Under the pieces are notes generated by a model that saw only the letters and a list, made by a program, of their open reading frames with translations, made no database searches and was not told the DNA's origin. A DNA stretch of 64,000 nt, taken from the NCBI GenBank assembly GCA_963666055.2, contig CAXWPH010000014.1, forward strand, positions 288,001 to 352,000, given 5' to 3'. Both the position numbers and the translations under genes were made by a program. The DNA is from Acidobacteriota bacterium. GTDB lineage: Bacteria; Acidobacteriota; UBA890; WLXD01. Below, piece after piece: positions 49,297-58,463 of this stretch; within the stretch, counting starts at the first letter, position 1, and every line of letters starts with the position of its first letter.

Positions 49297-49422
49297 ATGA
49301 TGCGTAGCCGACTTGCCCTGGTGATCATCGTCGTTCTGTTAGCGTTTGCCTGGCACTCATCGTCGTTCGAATCATCTAGCGCACCCTCCCGTGGTGAGAG
49401 CCGATCTATTCCGCTAGGCTGA
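49297..49422 (+). pseudogene. Signal-peptide-only stub truncated by repeat R1
   Basis: GGAG RBS; MMRSRLALVIIVVLLAFAW runs into the repeat. Confidence 0.5.
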
Positions 49423-49444
49423 GCAGCCTTTGCAGCGCACCGCC
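49386..49444 (+). repeat. 59-bp island direct repeat R1
   Basis: 56/59 identical to R2 and to R3. Confidence 0.95.
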
Positions 49445-49562
49445 CCTTCCGGAACCCGCGACCGGCGATCCGTACACCCGAGACTGATCGACCATGACCC
49501 CGACCACCTACCGAGTCCCCTACACCAAGCGTCCACAGCGAGCAGGAGGAGAACAACACCGG

Positions 49563-50696
49563 ATGACCGCACTTCGCAGCGTTTCAGGGATCGCCGCCAC
49601 GCTCGGGATCTTGATCTACGTCTGGGTGATGGGGCCCGCGGAGGCCGTTTCCGCGCCGGCGTCACCGTCAAACCCGGCTGTAGGAGGCACCGCCGCGCGA
49701 GCCGCTGGCGACTGCCCGACCAGCAACTTCCCGGAGGTCAGCGCCGATCCCGCAAATGGTGCTTACCCGGATCCCTCGGTGCAAGTCTCGTGCAACTCGA
49801 AGTACCTCAAGGTGAGGAGCAACGGCATCCCGAACTATGAGTTCGTGCAGACTACGCCCAACGAGCTGCAGGCACAGGACCACACGTTCAAAGTGCCGCT
49901 GTATCCGGCGCTGGTGGGCGAGACGACCGAAATTCCGCTGCTGGACACCGTCGCCTTCGCGGTCAACGGCATTCCGATCTTTGGCCCCAACGAGGGGCCT
50001 TTGCCTGATCCGTTCGGCGATCCGGTGTTCAACGGCCTTCTCGACGATTGCCTGGGACACACCGCAGAGCGCGGCGACTATCACTACCACGCCATGCTGG
50101 TCACGTGTCCGATCGAGGGTATTATCGGGCGTACTGATGCCTCCCCGGTGATCGGCTATGCCAACGACGGGTTCCCGATCTACGGTCCGTTCGGATGCAG
50201 CGATGCGGACTGCTCGAAGGTCATCGAGTATCAGAGCGCCTGGCAGCAGATCGGCGACCCATCGACGTTCGCCTGGGACGCCTACGAGTACGCTGAGCGC
50301 AAGCAGGACAAGTACCTCGATCAATGCAACGGGCACGAGGGACCCCAGGGCGATTACCACTATCACGCCACCGAGGACTTCCCCTACCTCCTCGGTTGCT
50401 ACTCGGGCAGCGAGGATCCCGGTGCGGCGCCGCCGAGCAACCTGCGGGCCAAGACGCGCTCGAACCAACGCGTACTGCTTCGCTGGAAGGACAACGCCAA
50501 GAGCGAGACCGGCTATCGGGTGGAGATGGCCGCCGGCGACGGGGACTTCGAGGCCGTTACGGAGACTGGCAAGAACGTCAAGAAGTACCTGGTCGAGGAC
50601 CTCGAGGCCGGTGAGACCTATACTTTTCGCGTGCGCGCACTGAGCAAAGCCGGCGTTTCCAACCCATCAAGCGCGGTGTCTGCTACCGCGAAGTGA
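49563..50696 (+). CDS. Secreted YHYH-domain protein with C-terminal fibronectin type III domain
   Basis: Two DYHYHA motifs, IGYA.DGFPIYG; FN3 PSNL...L.W.DN...ETGY..Y.FRVRA. Confidence 0.9.
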   Translation: MTALRSVSGIAATLGILIYVWVMGPAEAVSAPASPSNPAVGGTAARAAGDCPTSNFPEVSADPANGAYPDPSVQVSCNSKYLKVRSNGIPNYEFVQTTPNELQAQDHTFKVPLYPALVGETTEIPLLDTVAFAVNGIPIFGPNEGPLPDPFGDPVFNGLLDDCLGHTAERGDYHYHAMLVTCPIEGIIGRTDASPVIGYANDGFPIYGPFGCSDADCSKVIEYQSAWQQIGDPSTFAWDAYEYAERKQDKYLDQCNGHEGPQGDYHYHATEDFPYLLGCYSGSEDPGAAPPSNLRAKTRSNQRVLLRWKDNAKSETGYRVEMAAGDGDFEAVTETGKNVKKYLVEDLEAGETYTFRVRALSKAGVSNPSSAVSATAK

Positions 50697-50797
50697 TCTC
50701 TCCCGGAGTGCAGGAGCGTAGGGAACCAGGCTCGGAATAGGCGTGAATACCGTGAAGGTCGGGCGCGAACAGCATCTCGACCGGCAAGGCGAATCCT

Positions 50798-51136
50798 ATG
50801 CGGAACCAGCTGACGGAAGTAGCGACGAGTGAGCTACAACGCCACGTAGAGCGCCTACACGACTGCGCAGCGACCTGCAGCGCCGCAGTTGAGGTCCATG
50901 ATCGCTTCGGTAGCGAGACGGCATGGCGTGGCGTCGTCCACGTCTTCGACCTCACGTACCATCCCACGGCTGACCTTTGCTACGCTTGGTCGTCACCCGT
51001 GGCCGGATCTCGGAAGCGGCGTTTCTACGCGGTTCTACACACCGAGCAGGTGGACTCGCCCGCGAAAGCGGTTCGGGCTGCGATTGTCAAAGACTTCAAG
51101 AGAGAGAGTCAGTGGTTGGGGGTTAAGCGCGATTAG
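50798..51136 (+). CDS. Hypothetical protein, mobile-element type
   Basis: 112-aa globular ORF with W.G.V.VFDL..HP.A..CYAWS and SP..AVRAAI. Confidence 0.7.
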   Translation: MRNQLTEVATSELQRHVERLHDCAATCSAAVEVHDRFGSETAWRGVVHVFDLTYHPTADLCYAWSSPVAGSRKRRFYAVLHTEQVDSPAKAVRAAIVKDFKRESQWLGVKRD

Positions 51137-51237
51137 TCGCAGCGTTCAAATTAGGACACCACCTGATGTTGGGTCTTGTCGGTGTCAGCGGGCCAGGATT
51201 CATACATACACCCACGGTTTTGTCGAGAGGTCCTTAT

Positions 51238-51296
51238 CTCCCGTGGTGAGAGCCGATCTATTCCGCTAGGCTGAGCAGCCTTTCCGGAGCACCGCC
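51238..51296 (+). repeat. 59-bp island direct repeat R2
   Basis: 57/59 identical to R3. Confidence 0.95.
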
Positions 51297-51421
51297 GACG
51301 GTAGCCCGGATCAGTGATGACCGCAGACCCCTTCCCGGACCTGCGAGCGAAAGGGAGCAAGAACGAAACATGACTGCGGTCGCTTTGTAGTTGGCGACCG
51401 AAGGACTAACGGGAGGTAGCA

Positions 51422-51655
51422 ATGGCACTCATTGAGTGTTGGGGCTGCGGGCACCAGGTGTCGGATAAGGAGATGAGGTGCGCCGGTTGTGGGACCCCGA
51501 TCGCCAAAGAGGAACCCATCGCGGCGCCCGTTGAAACCACCGCTGGGCCGCGCGACACGGACAATGCGTCCGAGCAAAAAACCCCGCACGCTCTTTCCGC
51601 GAGACTCGCCAAGCGTCTAGCAGGGCTCCGCGCCAAGGCCCGCAAGAGCGAGTGA
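51422..51655 (+). CDS. Zinc-ribbon protein (chimeric or internally deleted)
   Basis: GGGAGG RBS; MALIECWGCGHQVSD...CAGCG.P; tail homologous to the 52168 protein. Confidence 0.75.
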   Translation: MALIECWGCGHQVSDKEMRCAGCGTPIAKEEPIAAPVETTAGPRDTDNASEQKTPHALSARLAKRLAGLRAKARKSE

Positions 51656-51779
51656 CCCCGACCACCTACCGAGTCCTCTGCCCGGGAGCACGAATAGCCA
51701 CGTGACCGACGACGACGGGGACCAAAAGCAAGAGCGCCCGCCGAACACGAACGACTCTTCTTGCGGTCGTTCGTCTGTG

Positions 51780-51920
51780 TCAGCGCTGACCCCGCGACCC
51801 GCCGCTGTGCCTTTGTACTCTTCGGTCGACGCTCCGCTGTGCCTTCGTGTTCTTCGGATCGCGCAAGATCCTGCCGGCTTTCGACGCCACCTTCCTCGAT
51901 GTTCTCTTGTTCTTCGCCAA
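51780..51920 (-). pseudogene. Small basic phage-type protein with a 32-bp internal duplication
   Basis: GGGAGG RBS + TTG; AKNKRTSRKVASKAGRILRDPKNTKAQRSV, with tail VAGSALTQ in another frame. Confidence 0.55.
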
Positions 51921-52034
51921 CTTGCCTCCCGTCGTCTTGCATGCTCGGAACGCCCCTCCGGATTCTACCAGTCGGCTCCGAAACCCTTCGGAAGAGCGGT
52001 CGCGACGCCTCCCCTCGCAAATCGCCCGGCAGCT

Positions 52035-52093
52035 CTCCCGTGGTGAGAGCCGATCGATTCCGCTAGGCTGAGCAGCCTTTGCGGAGCACCGCC
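52035..52093 (+). repeat. 59-bp island direct repeat R3
   Basis: Seen directly. Confidence 0.95.
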
Positions 52094-52167
52094 GACGGCA
52101 ACCCGGAGCAGGCACACCGAAATGACCCCCGCCACCTACCGAGTCCCCGAGTGAGCAGCCGCCGCGC

Positions 52168-52497
52168 ATGAGCAAGCCGGGCTTCGTCGCTGGCGGGCAC
52201 TACTCGGCCTACGTGGAGGTTCGTCGCCTCAAGCGGATAGGCGACCTCGATGGCGCCACGGAGCTTCTCCTGCGCCTGGTGGACGCCACAGAGGCCGAGG
52301 CCGCCGCCGAGAGCGAAGGCTGCGGGGTTGATCCGTGGTACTACGAGCAGCTTGCGATGATCTACCGGAAGAAGAAGCAGTCAGCCGATGAGCTCGCGAT
52401 CCTCGAGCGGTACGAACGACAAGCGAAGGTCCCTGGGGCCGTTCCAGAGAGGCTGGCTAATCGCCTGGCCGGCCTGCGACCCAAGGCGGACGAATGA
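52168..52497 (+). CDS. Hypothetical helical (TPR-like) protein
   Basis: 109-aa ORF, PWYYEQLAMIYRK...E.AILERY. Confidence 0.7.
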   Translation: MSKPGFVAGGHYSAYVEVRRLKRIGDLDGATELLLRLVDATEAEAAAESEGCGVDPWYYEQLAMIYRKKKQSADELAILERYERQAKVPGAVPERLANRLAGLRPKADE

Positions 52498-52850
52498 GAG
52501 GCCGTTCCGCCGTCACCCCGCGCCCTGTCGCCTACCCCCGCTGCACGTTCGGCACCTACCTCGGCGAGTTGATCGACGCTCACCCTACCTCAAGACCCAG
52601 GCTAGCCGAGCGAATCGGCGTGTCTCCGGGGAACCTCAGCAACTACCGCCACGGACGCTACCTCCCGCCGGACCGCAAGGCTATCGGCGTGATCGCCCGA
52701 GTGCTCGCACCGACCAGCGCACAGCAGCCAGAGATCCGCGCGGAGCTCACGCGCCGCTGGATCGCTGACCTGCTAGATGTGCACCTACGCGGGGGCGGCG
52801 TGTCGATGGATGAGGCGCGGTTGGCGATCCGCGATCTAGCGAGGCGCTGA
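52494..52850 (+). CDS. XRE-family HTH protein
   Basis: FG..L..L...LAERIGVSPGNLSNYRHGRYLPP; ATGA overlap. Confidence 0.75.
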   Translation: MRGRSAVTPRPVAYPRCTFGTYLGELIDAHPTSRPRLAERIGVSPGNLSNYRHGRYLPPDRKAIGVIARVLAPTSAQQPEIRAELTRRWIADLLDVHLRGGGVSMDEARLAIRDLARR

Positions 52851-53110
52851 CGTGACGCAGGCGGAGGCGCGGCGGGCGATTGAGGATACGGCGGGGGCAC
52901 GGAGGCGGAGGTAGAGGAACGGCCAACAGCGCGCCAGCCACAGCCCCGGAGCTGTCGAGTTCACGCTCTGCGGCCTCTGTTTGTTTCAAGCTCCGACAGG
53001 GACTACCGTCAGCCAAACATGTCAACAGCGTCCCCCGCTGGAGCACCCCGAAGCGATGATTGTCCTCTATCGTGCTTCTATCGATCAGTCACCTCGAACA
53101 GAGGGCTCCA

Positions 53111-55306
53111 ATGGCTGACGTGTGGGCCCATCTCAAGGCCGACCCAATAATCAGAATCACGGGCCTGCTCTACACCGGCCTCATTCTGGTGTACGGGATC
53201 TCCTTGCTGTCGAGCTGGCAGCTGGCCAGCCTCGGTGACTACCTCGATTTCATTTTTGCCGCCCTCGCAGTCTGGGCACTTCTGTACGGAGTGAGACAGA
53301 TCAAGCACCCAGAGGAACGAAGGTTTTGGTTATTGATCGCCTGTGGGGTCGCGGCCTTCCTAGTAATCGAGATCTTGTATCTCCCCGCGCCCGATGCTGA
53401 GGCAATCCAGCTCCAGACCCGCGAGGGACTTCTGGCTTTGCTGTATTACGCAGCGGTTTTCTTGGCTGTTTCAGCGAACCCTCACCTAAAGCCCGGATGG
53501 AGCCGCGGGAACAGACGGTATTGGACTACGTCCACCGCAAGCCTTCTCTTCGTACTGGGATCAGTAGCCTACGTTTTTCTCATTCAGATAACGGTCGTCC
53601 GCGGTGCTGAATCCTACGTGCCGAATCTACTCATGTACCTCTGTCTCGATGCCTTGGTCGCTGGAACGTTCGTGTACCTCAGCAGAACGTGCGGGAGCAT
53701 TCGTTGGAGAAACCTCTACGCCCTACTGGCAGTGGGATGGGGTCTGTGGGCGATCGCGTCCTCTGTCGATCTCCTGGCGGCTTTGAGCGTATGGCCGCTT
53801 GGTTACAGGGCGGAAACAATCCTTGAATTTACCGTGCCCTACTTGCCACTCATCGCAGTCGCACGATTGCGGCACTACGCAGCTCCCCAACAAACGCCTG
53901 CCGAAGACCACAAGCGGACCTCTCGACAGAGTCCACTAAGACTTGGAGGTTCACCGATCCTGTATCTCACGGTACTCCCGCTATTCCATTTCGGCGGTTA
54001 CTGGGCAGAGATATTCAGTCCGGACGCGAAGCCATATCGAGAGTTCATAATGCTGTCTGTGGTTCTCGTCCTCGCAGCTCTAGCCTTCGTGAACCAGAAG
54101 CAGCTGGAGTCGGAGCGGCGAATCCTCGAGGAGCAGGCGCGCCAATCGCAGAAGATGGAAGCTGTCGGCACTCTTGCTGGAGGAGTGGCCCACGACTTCA
54201 ACAACATGCTCACGGCCATCATTGGTAACGCCGAGCTTCTACGGAGCGACGATCTGAACCTCACCGACCGGCAGCGCGCAGAGGTCGAGGAGATCAGGAA
54301 AGCCTCGGAGCGTGCCACCTCTTTGACCCAGCAGCTCCTGGCCTTCGGCCGTCGGCAGATGCTGGCGCCCGAGGTAGTCGATTTGAACGCCTCCGTGGCC
54401 GAAATGCAGAAGTTGCTCCGCCGCTTGATCGGCGAGGACGTCGAGCTGATCACCGAGCTCGACTCTGCGCTGGGCAGCGTCAAGGCCGACCCGGCACAGA
54501 TCGATCAGGTGATCATGAACCTCGCAATCAACGCCCGAGACGCGATGCCCGAAGGCGGTGAGATCAGGATCGGGACGGCGAACGCGGATGTGGACGAGGC
54601 CGAGGCACAAGTGCAGGACGGCATGGTGCCGGGCCGCTATGTGATGCTGGTGGTGAGCGATACGGGTTCCGGCATGGACGCGGAGACCCGGGAGAAGATC
54701 TTCGAGCCCTTCTTTACCACCAAGGACACGGGCGCAGGGACGGGTCTGGGACTATCGACGGTCTACGGGATCGTCAAACAGAGCGACGGCTTTATCGGCG
54801 TTGATAGCGAGCCGGGGCATGGCACGACGTTCAAGATCTACCTGCCGCGGGTCGATGAGCCCATCGAGCCGCCCGAACCCAGCACTGTCATCTCGCTGCA
54901 GGGCATGGAGACTGTGCTGCTGGTGGAAGACGAAGAGATGTTGCGCGCCCTGGCCCGCCAGGTCCTCCAGAGGAACGGGTACAGGGTTCTAGAGGCGTCG
55001 GGGGGGCCAGAGGCCGTCGAGATCTTCGAGCGGCACGAGGGGCCGATCAACCTGCTGCTAACTGATGTGGTGATGCCGAAAATGAGCGGCCACGAGCTGG
55101 CGCAGCGGTTGACCATGCTGAGCCCGGAACTGAAGGTGCTGTATATATCGGGCTACGCGGAACAGGAACTCGTCGGCCGCGGTTTGTCGAGTAACAGCTG
55201 GGCTTTACTTCAGAAGCCGTTCACACCGGACGCGCTGGCGCGCAGGGTGCGCGAGCTCCTGGATTCTCCCGGCAACGGGGCAGAAGGCTTGCCGTCAATC
55301 GTGTGA
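53111..55306 (+). CDS. Membrane hybrid sensor histidine kinase/receiver (CckA-like core)
   Basis: About 10 TM helices; [31 protein letters not shown]; receiver VEDE/TDVVMP. Confidence 0.93.
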   Translation: MADVWAHLKADPIIRITGLLYTGLILVYGISLLSSWQLASLGDYLDFIFAALAVWALLYGVRQIKHPEERRFWLLIACGVAAFLVIEILYLPAPDAEAIQLQTREGLLALLYYAAVFLAVSANPHLKPGWSRGNRRYWTTSTASLLFVLGSVAYVFLIQITVVRGAESYVPNLLMYLCLDALVAGTFVYLSRTCGSIRWRNLYALLAVGWGLWAIASSVDLLAALSVWPLGYRAETILEFTVPYLPLIAVARLRHYAAPQQTPAEDHKRTSRQSPLRLGGSPILYLTVLPLFHFGGYWAEIFSPDAKPYREFIMLSVVLVLAALAFVNQKQLESERRILEEQARQSQKMEAVGTLAGGVAHDFNNMLTAIIGNAELLRSDDLNLTDRQRAEVEEIRKASERATSLTQQLLAFGRRQMLAPEVVDLNASVAEMQKLLRRLIGEDVELITELDSALGSVKADPAQIDQVIMNLAINARDAMPEGGEIRIGTANADVDEAEAQVQDGMVPGRYVMLVVSDTGSGMDAETREKIFEPFFTTKDTGAGTGLGLSTVYGIVKQSDGFIGVDSEPGHGTTFKIYLPRVDEPIEPPEPSTVISLQGMETVLLVEDEEMLRALARQVLQRNGYRVLEASGGPEAVEIFERHEGPINLLLTDVVMPKMSGHELAQRLTMLSPELKVLYISGYAEQELVGRGLSSNSWALLQKPFTPDALARRVRELLDSPGNGAEGLPSIV

Positions 55307-55474
55307 ACGTTGGTGCCCATGCCTCCATTCTACGGCTCTGCATCTGCCCGGCAGGACCGACGATCCCGCCGCCATCACGACTCACGAGATCATCGGGCCG
55401 GCGCCGCAGCCAGTATTGGCGCCGTCATTCCCAGCGCCTGTGCCCCGATTGGGGCACAGGGATCCACACTGAAA

Positions 55475-55750
55475 ATGAATATAGCGACGTTGAACGTGGG
55501 GCTGCGAAGCTTAAAGGCTGACCTAGCTTCCTGGCAGGCACGTGCCGCGCGCATCGCGTGCCTACTTGACGACTACGAGATTGACGTAGTCCTTTTCCAG
55601 GAACTCTTCGCTGTGCAGTGGGAGTCGGCGAGTGATTGGCTTCGTTCCTTGATGAAGGAGGCCGGCTTGCCGGAAGCAGATTTCAGCAAGTCCAATATCC
55701 TCAGGCAGGCACTTCCTTCGTTCCACATCGCAGAGGAACTCATTCATTGA
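55475..55750 (+). pseudogene. Endonuclease/exonuclease/phosphatase N-terminal fragment
   Basis: IATLNV...DVVLFQE, stops after 91 codons. Confidence 0.6.
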
Positions 55751-56105
55751 GGCACACCGCAGGGCGGCCTATTCTGGGGCCTTGGAGTCGCCTCACGTTT
55801 TCCGATCCTCGTTTCGGAGCATCACGATCTCACCGGATGTACGAACAGGCTCACGCCCCGCATCCAGCCCCGCGCCTCCAGCGCCTCCTCCACTGTCGCC
55901 CGACCCCACGGCTCGTAGGCCTTGTACAGGCGCACCGTCGGGAACCTGGGTGGAGCGCCGAGACCAGAGGCGATCACGGCGGAGATGGAGCAAATCTACC
56001 CTTCGAACGAAGGAGCTGAACCGGGGTCGGGGTTCGCCAGATCCGCGAGTAGTCGTGCTAGCCTCTCGAGCACGTCGGAGCAGATCAGGCGGAAGTGCCT
56101 CACGC

Positions 56106-56186
56106 CCGCACCCACCGCGATTCCCAGGGTGCGTATAGGGTGCGGAATGAGCACCCAACTGTGAGCTGGTGCCAAGTTGGTGCCAA
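56106..56186 (-). repeat. Island-end motif: 51-bp CGCACCC element plus TGGTGCCAA direct repeat (11-bp period)
   Basis: Seen directly; resembles arm-type recombinase sites. Confidence 0.7.
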
Positions 56187-56239
56187 AAACGGCTCGAAAC
56201 CACCCTGTTTTGCTGACCTTGACCCCCTAAAATCAACCT

Positions 56240-57334
56240 GTGCGCATACTGCATGTCTACAAGGACTATCCACCGGTAATCGGCGGCATCGAGGGGCACA
56301 TACGTCTGCTCGCAGAGGCGCAGGCTCAACGCGGGCTGGAGGTGACCGTGCTGGCCACCTCGCCTGACCGCCGCACATCGATCGACCAGGAGCATGGCGT
56401 ACGGGTGGTCCGCGCCGGCCGGCTTGGGGAGCTGGCTTCGACACCCATCAGCCTGCGGTTGGTGCGACAACTGCGACGCGAGCGCGCCGACGTGGTGCAT
56501 GTGCACATGCCGTATCCGTTGGCTGAGCTTGCCGAGCTCACCATGGGGGGCGGGCGCCCTTGTGTGGTGACCTACCACAGCGATGTGGTGCGGCAGCGAA
56601 CGTGGGCAGGATTGCTCGGCCCGCTGCGCAGGCGGTTCTTGCGACGCACCCGATGTGTGCTGGCTACCAGTGCCGCGTATGTGCGCAGCTCTCCGACCCT
56701 GAGCCGCATGCGCGACAAGTGCCGGGTCGTTCCCCTGGGCGTCGACATCGACCGCTTCGCCGAGCCCGAGCGCACCGTCCGGTCGCCGATCGACGTGGAT
56801 GGACAGGTCGTCCTGTTCGTAGGCCGTTTCCGCCACTACAAGGGGCTGTCCGTTCTGGTCGAGGCGATGACGCGACTCGACGCCAACTTGGTGCTGGTGG
56901 GCGACGGAGCCGAACGAGCCCGTCTCGAGCGTCAGATTCGCCACTCCCCGGCGCGTTCTCGCGTCAGTATTCTCAGCGACGTCACCGACGAGGAGCTGCC
57001 CGGTTGCTACGCTCGCGCCGACGTCGTCGTGTTCCCTTCAACGGAGCGCAGCGAGGCCTTCGGGTTGACGCTGGTCGAGGCCATGGCGAGCGGCACTCCG
57101 GTGGTCAGCACCGAGCTGAGCACTGGAACGAGCGAAGTGAACGAGCATGGCGTTACCGGCTTGGTGGTGCCCCCCGACGATCCGGCGGCACTGCGGGATG
57201 CGCTCCACACGCTGCTGGCAGACACGGCGCTGCGACAGCGCATGGGGCGCGCCGCGTCGCACCGTGCTCGTGCGAGCTACGCCGCGAACCAGATGGTCGA
57301 CGCCACCCTCGACGCCTACGAGGACGCCCTGTGA
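56240..57334 (+). CDS. GT4 glycosyltransferase with an island-supplied 5' end
   Basis: MRILHVYKDYPP..GGIE, H.H.PYP, VTYHSD, YKG, RSEAFG...VEAMASG.PV. Confidence 0.93.
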   Translation: MRILHVYKDYPPVIGGIEGHIRLLAEAQAQRGLEVTVLATSPDRRTSIDQEHGVRVVRAGRLGELASTPISLRLVRQLRRERADVVHVHMPYPLAELAELTMGGGRPCVVTYHSDVVRQRTWAGLLGPLRRRFLRRTRCVLATSAAYVRSSPTLSRMRDKCRVVPLGVDIDRFAEPERTVRSPIDVDGQVVLFVGRFRHYKGLSVLVEAMTRLDANLVLVGDGAERARLERQIRHSPARSRVSILSDVTDEELPGCYARADVVVFPSTERSEAFGLTLVEAMASGTPVVSTELSTGTSEVNEHGVTGLVVPPDDPAALRDALHTLLADTALRQRMGRAASHRARASYAANQMVDATLDAYEDAL

Positions 57335-58463
57335 GCTCGCACCTCGCACCCGCATCGCCACGTGAGAAACGCAGTGCGCGGGAGTCCGGGGGAACTTCAC
57401 CAGGAGTGCTGACTGCGATAGAGCGAGACGTCGTGACGACCATTGCCTACGCCAACATGTTCGACTATCCGCTCACCCTGCCGGAGATACATCGCTACCT
57501 CGTCGGCACCGCCGCAGATCTGGCCGAAGTGACCGCGACGGTCGACCGGTTGGAGGGACGGGGCATCGAGCGTCGCGACGGCTATGTGTTCGTCGCCGGA
57601 CGTCGCCGCACCGTCGACATGCGGCTCCGCCGCCGGCGTTCGAGCGCACCCCGATGGGACACCGCGCGACGCTACGCGCGGGCCTTGAGCCGGTGCCCGT
57701 TCGTACGGATGGTGGCGGTGTGTGGCTCGTTGGCAGTAGACAACGCCGACGACCACGGCGATATCGACATCTTCTGCATCACCGTCCGTGGGCGGCTCTG
57801 GTGGGGGCAGACGGCGGCGATGCTGTTGCGCCGGTTGCCGGCGTTGGCGCGCCAACGTATCTGTCCGAACTCCTTTCTGTCAGCGGGCAGCCTGCGCTTA
57901 GACGACCGCAACCTGTACACCGCCCACGAGATCATCCAGGCTGTGCCACTAGCCGGTGAGGCCGTCTATCGCGAGTTCGTCGACGCCAACGACTGGCTCG
58001 ACGAGCTACTACCCAACGCGCGCAGTGCAGAAATAGACAACACTGGCGGGGCCACCGATGCGCCCGACGGCGGACCATGGGGTGGCCACCAAGGCCGAGG
58101 CGCCGCGTTCGTCGAACGTCTGTTCGCCGGCCGGTTCGGGGACGCGCTCGACCGCGTGGCTTATGAAACGTTGCTCCGTTACTACGGGCTGCGGCTGCGC
58201 GCCCGCGGCGTAGCCCTGCAACAGCTGCGCCACTACTACCGCCGCGATCGCCAACTGGTGGTTGGTGGGGGCTACGAGGCCATCGTTCGATGCCGGTTTG
58301 CCGAGCACTTGCGCGAGCTTCTCGGCGACCCTGGCGCCGCGGCGCCAGGGTCGCGCGCCTGCTCCCTGTTGGCGACGCCAGCACCGCGAACGGGCCGCAC
58401 AGCCGGCAATCGCCGCTGCTGTACGAGCAACAGTTCGAGGCTCGCTACGGAGCAGACCAGTGA
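57331..58463 (+). CDS. Pol-beta-superfamily nucleotidyltransferase-like protein (frameshift at ~58345)
   Basis: FDYPLT..EI; V.GSLA..N....DIDIF.IT..GRLW; C.N; RNLYTAHE. GTGA overlaps at both ends imply one missing base. Confidence 0.72.

Larger units (their letters stand above)
49073..56265. mobile_element. Genomic island inserted in the 5' end of a GT4 gene; no integrase visible
   Basis: TACAAGGA direct repeat (49065-49072, 56258-56265), duplicated recoded gene start, phage-like small ORFs, TGGTGCCAA x2 near the right end. Confidence 0.8.

Noticed and set aside
49386-52146. CRISPR array or integron attC sites
   Set aside because: Repeats are 59 bp and 0.8-1.9 kb apart, with no cas or intI gene and no RYYYAAC/GTTRRRY boxes.
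56239-56266. dif-like Xer site at the right island junction (GTGCGCATA resembles the XerC arm)
   Set aside because: The XerD arm is absent and the match is explained by the codons for M-R-I; kept only as a remote possibility.
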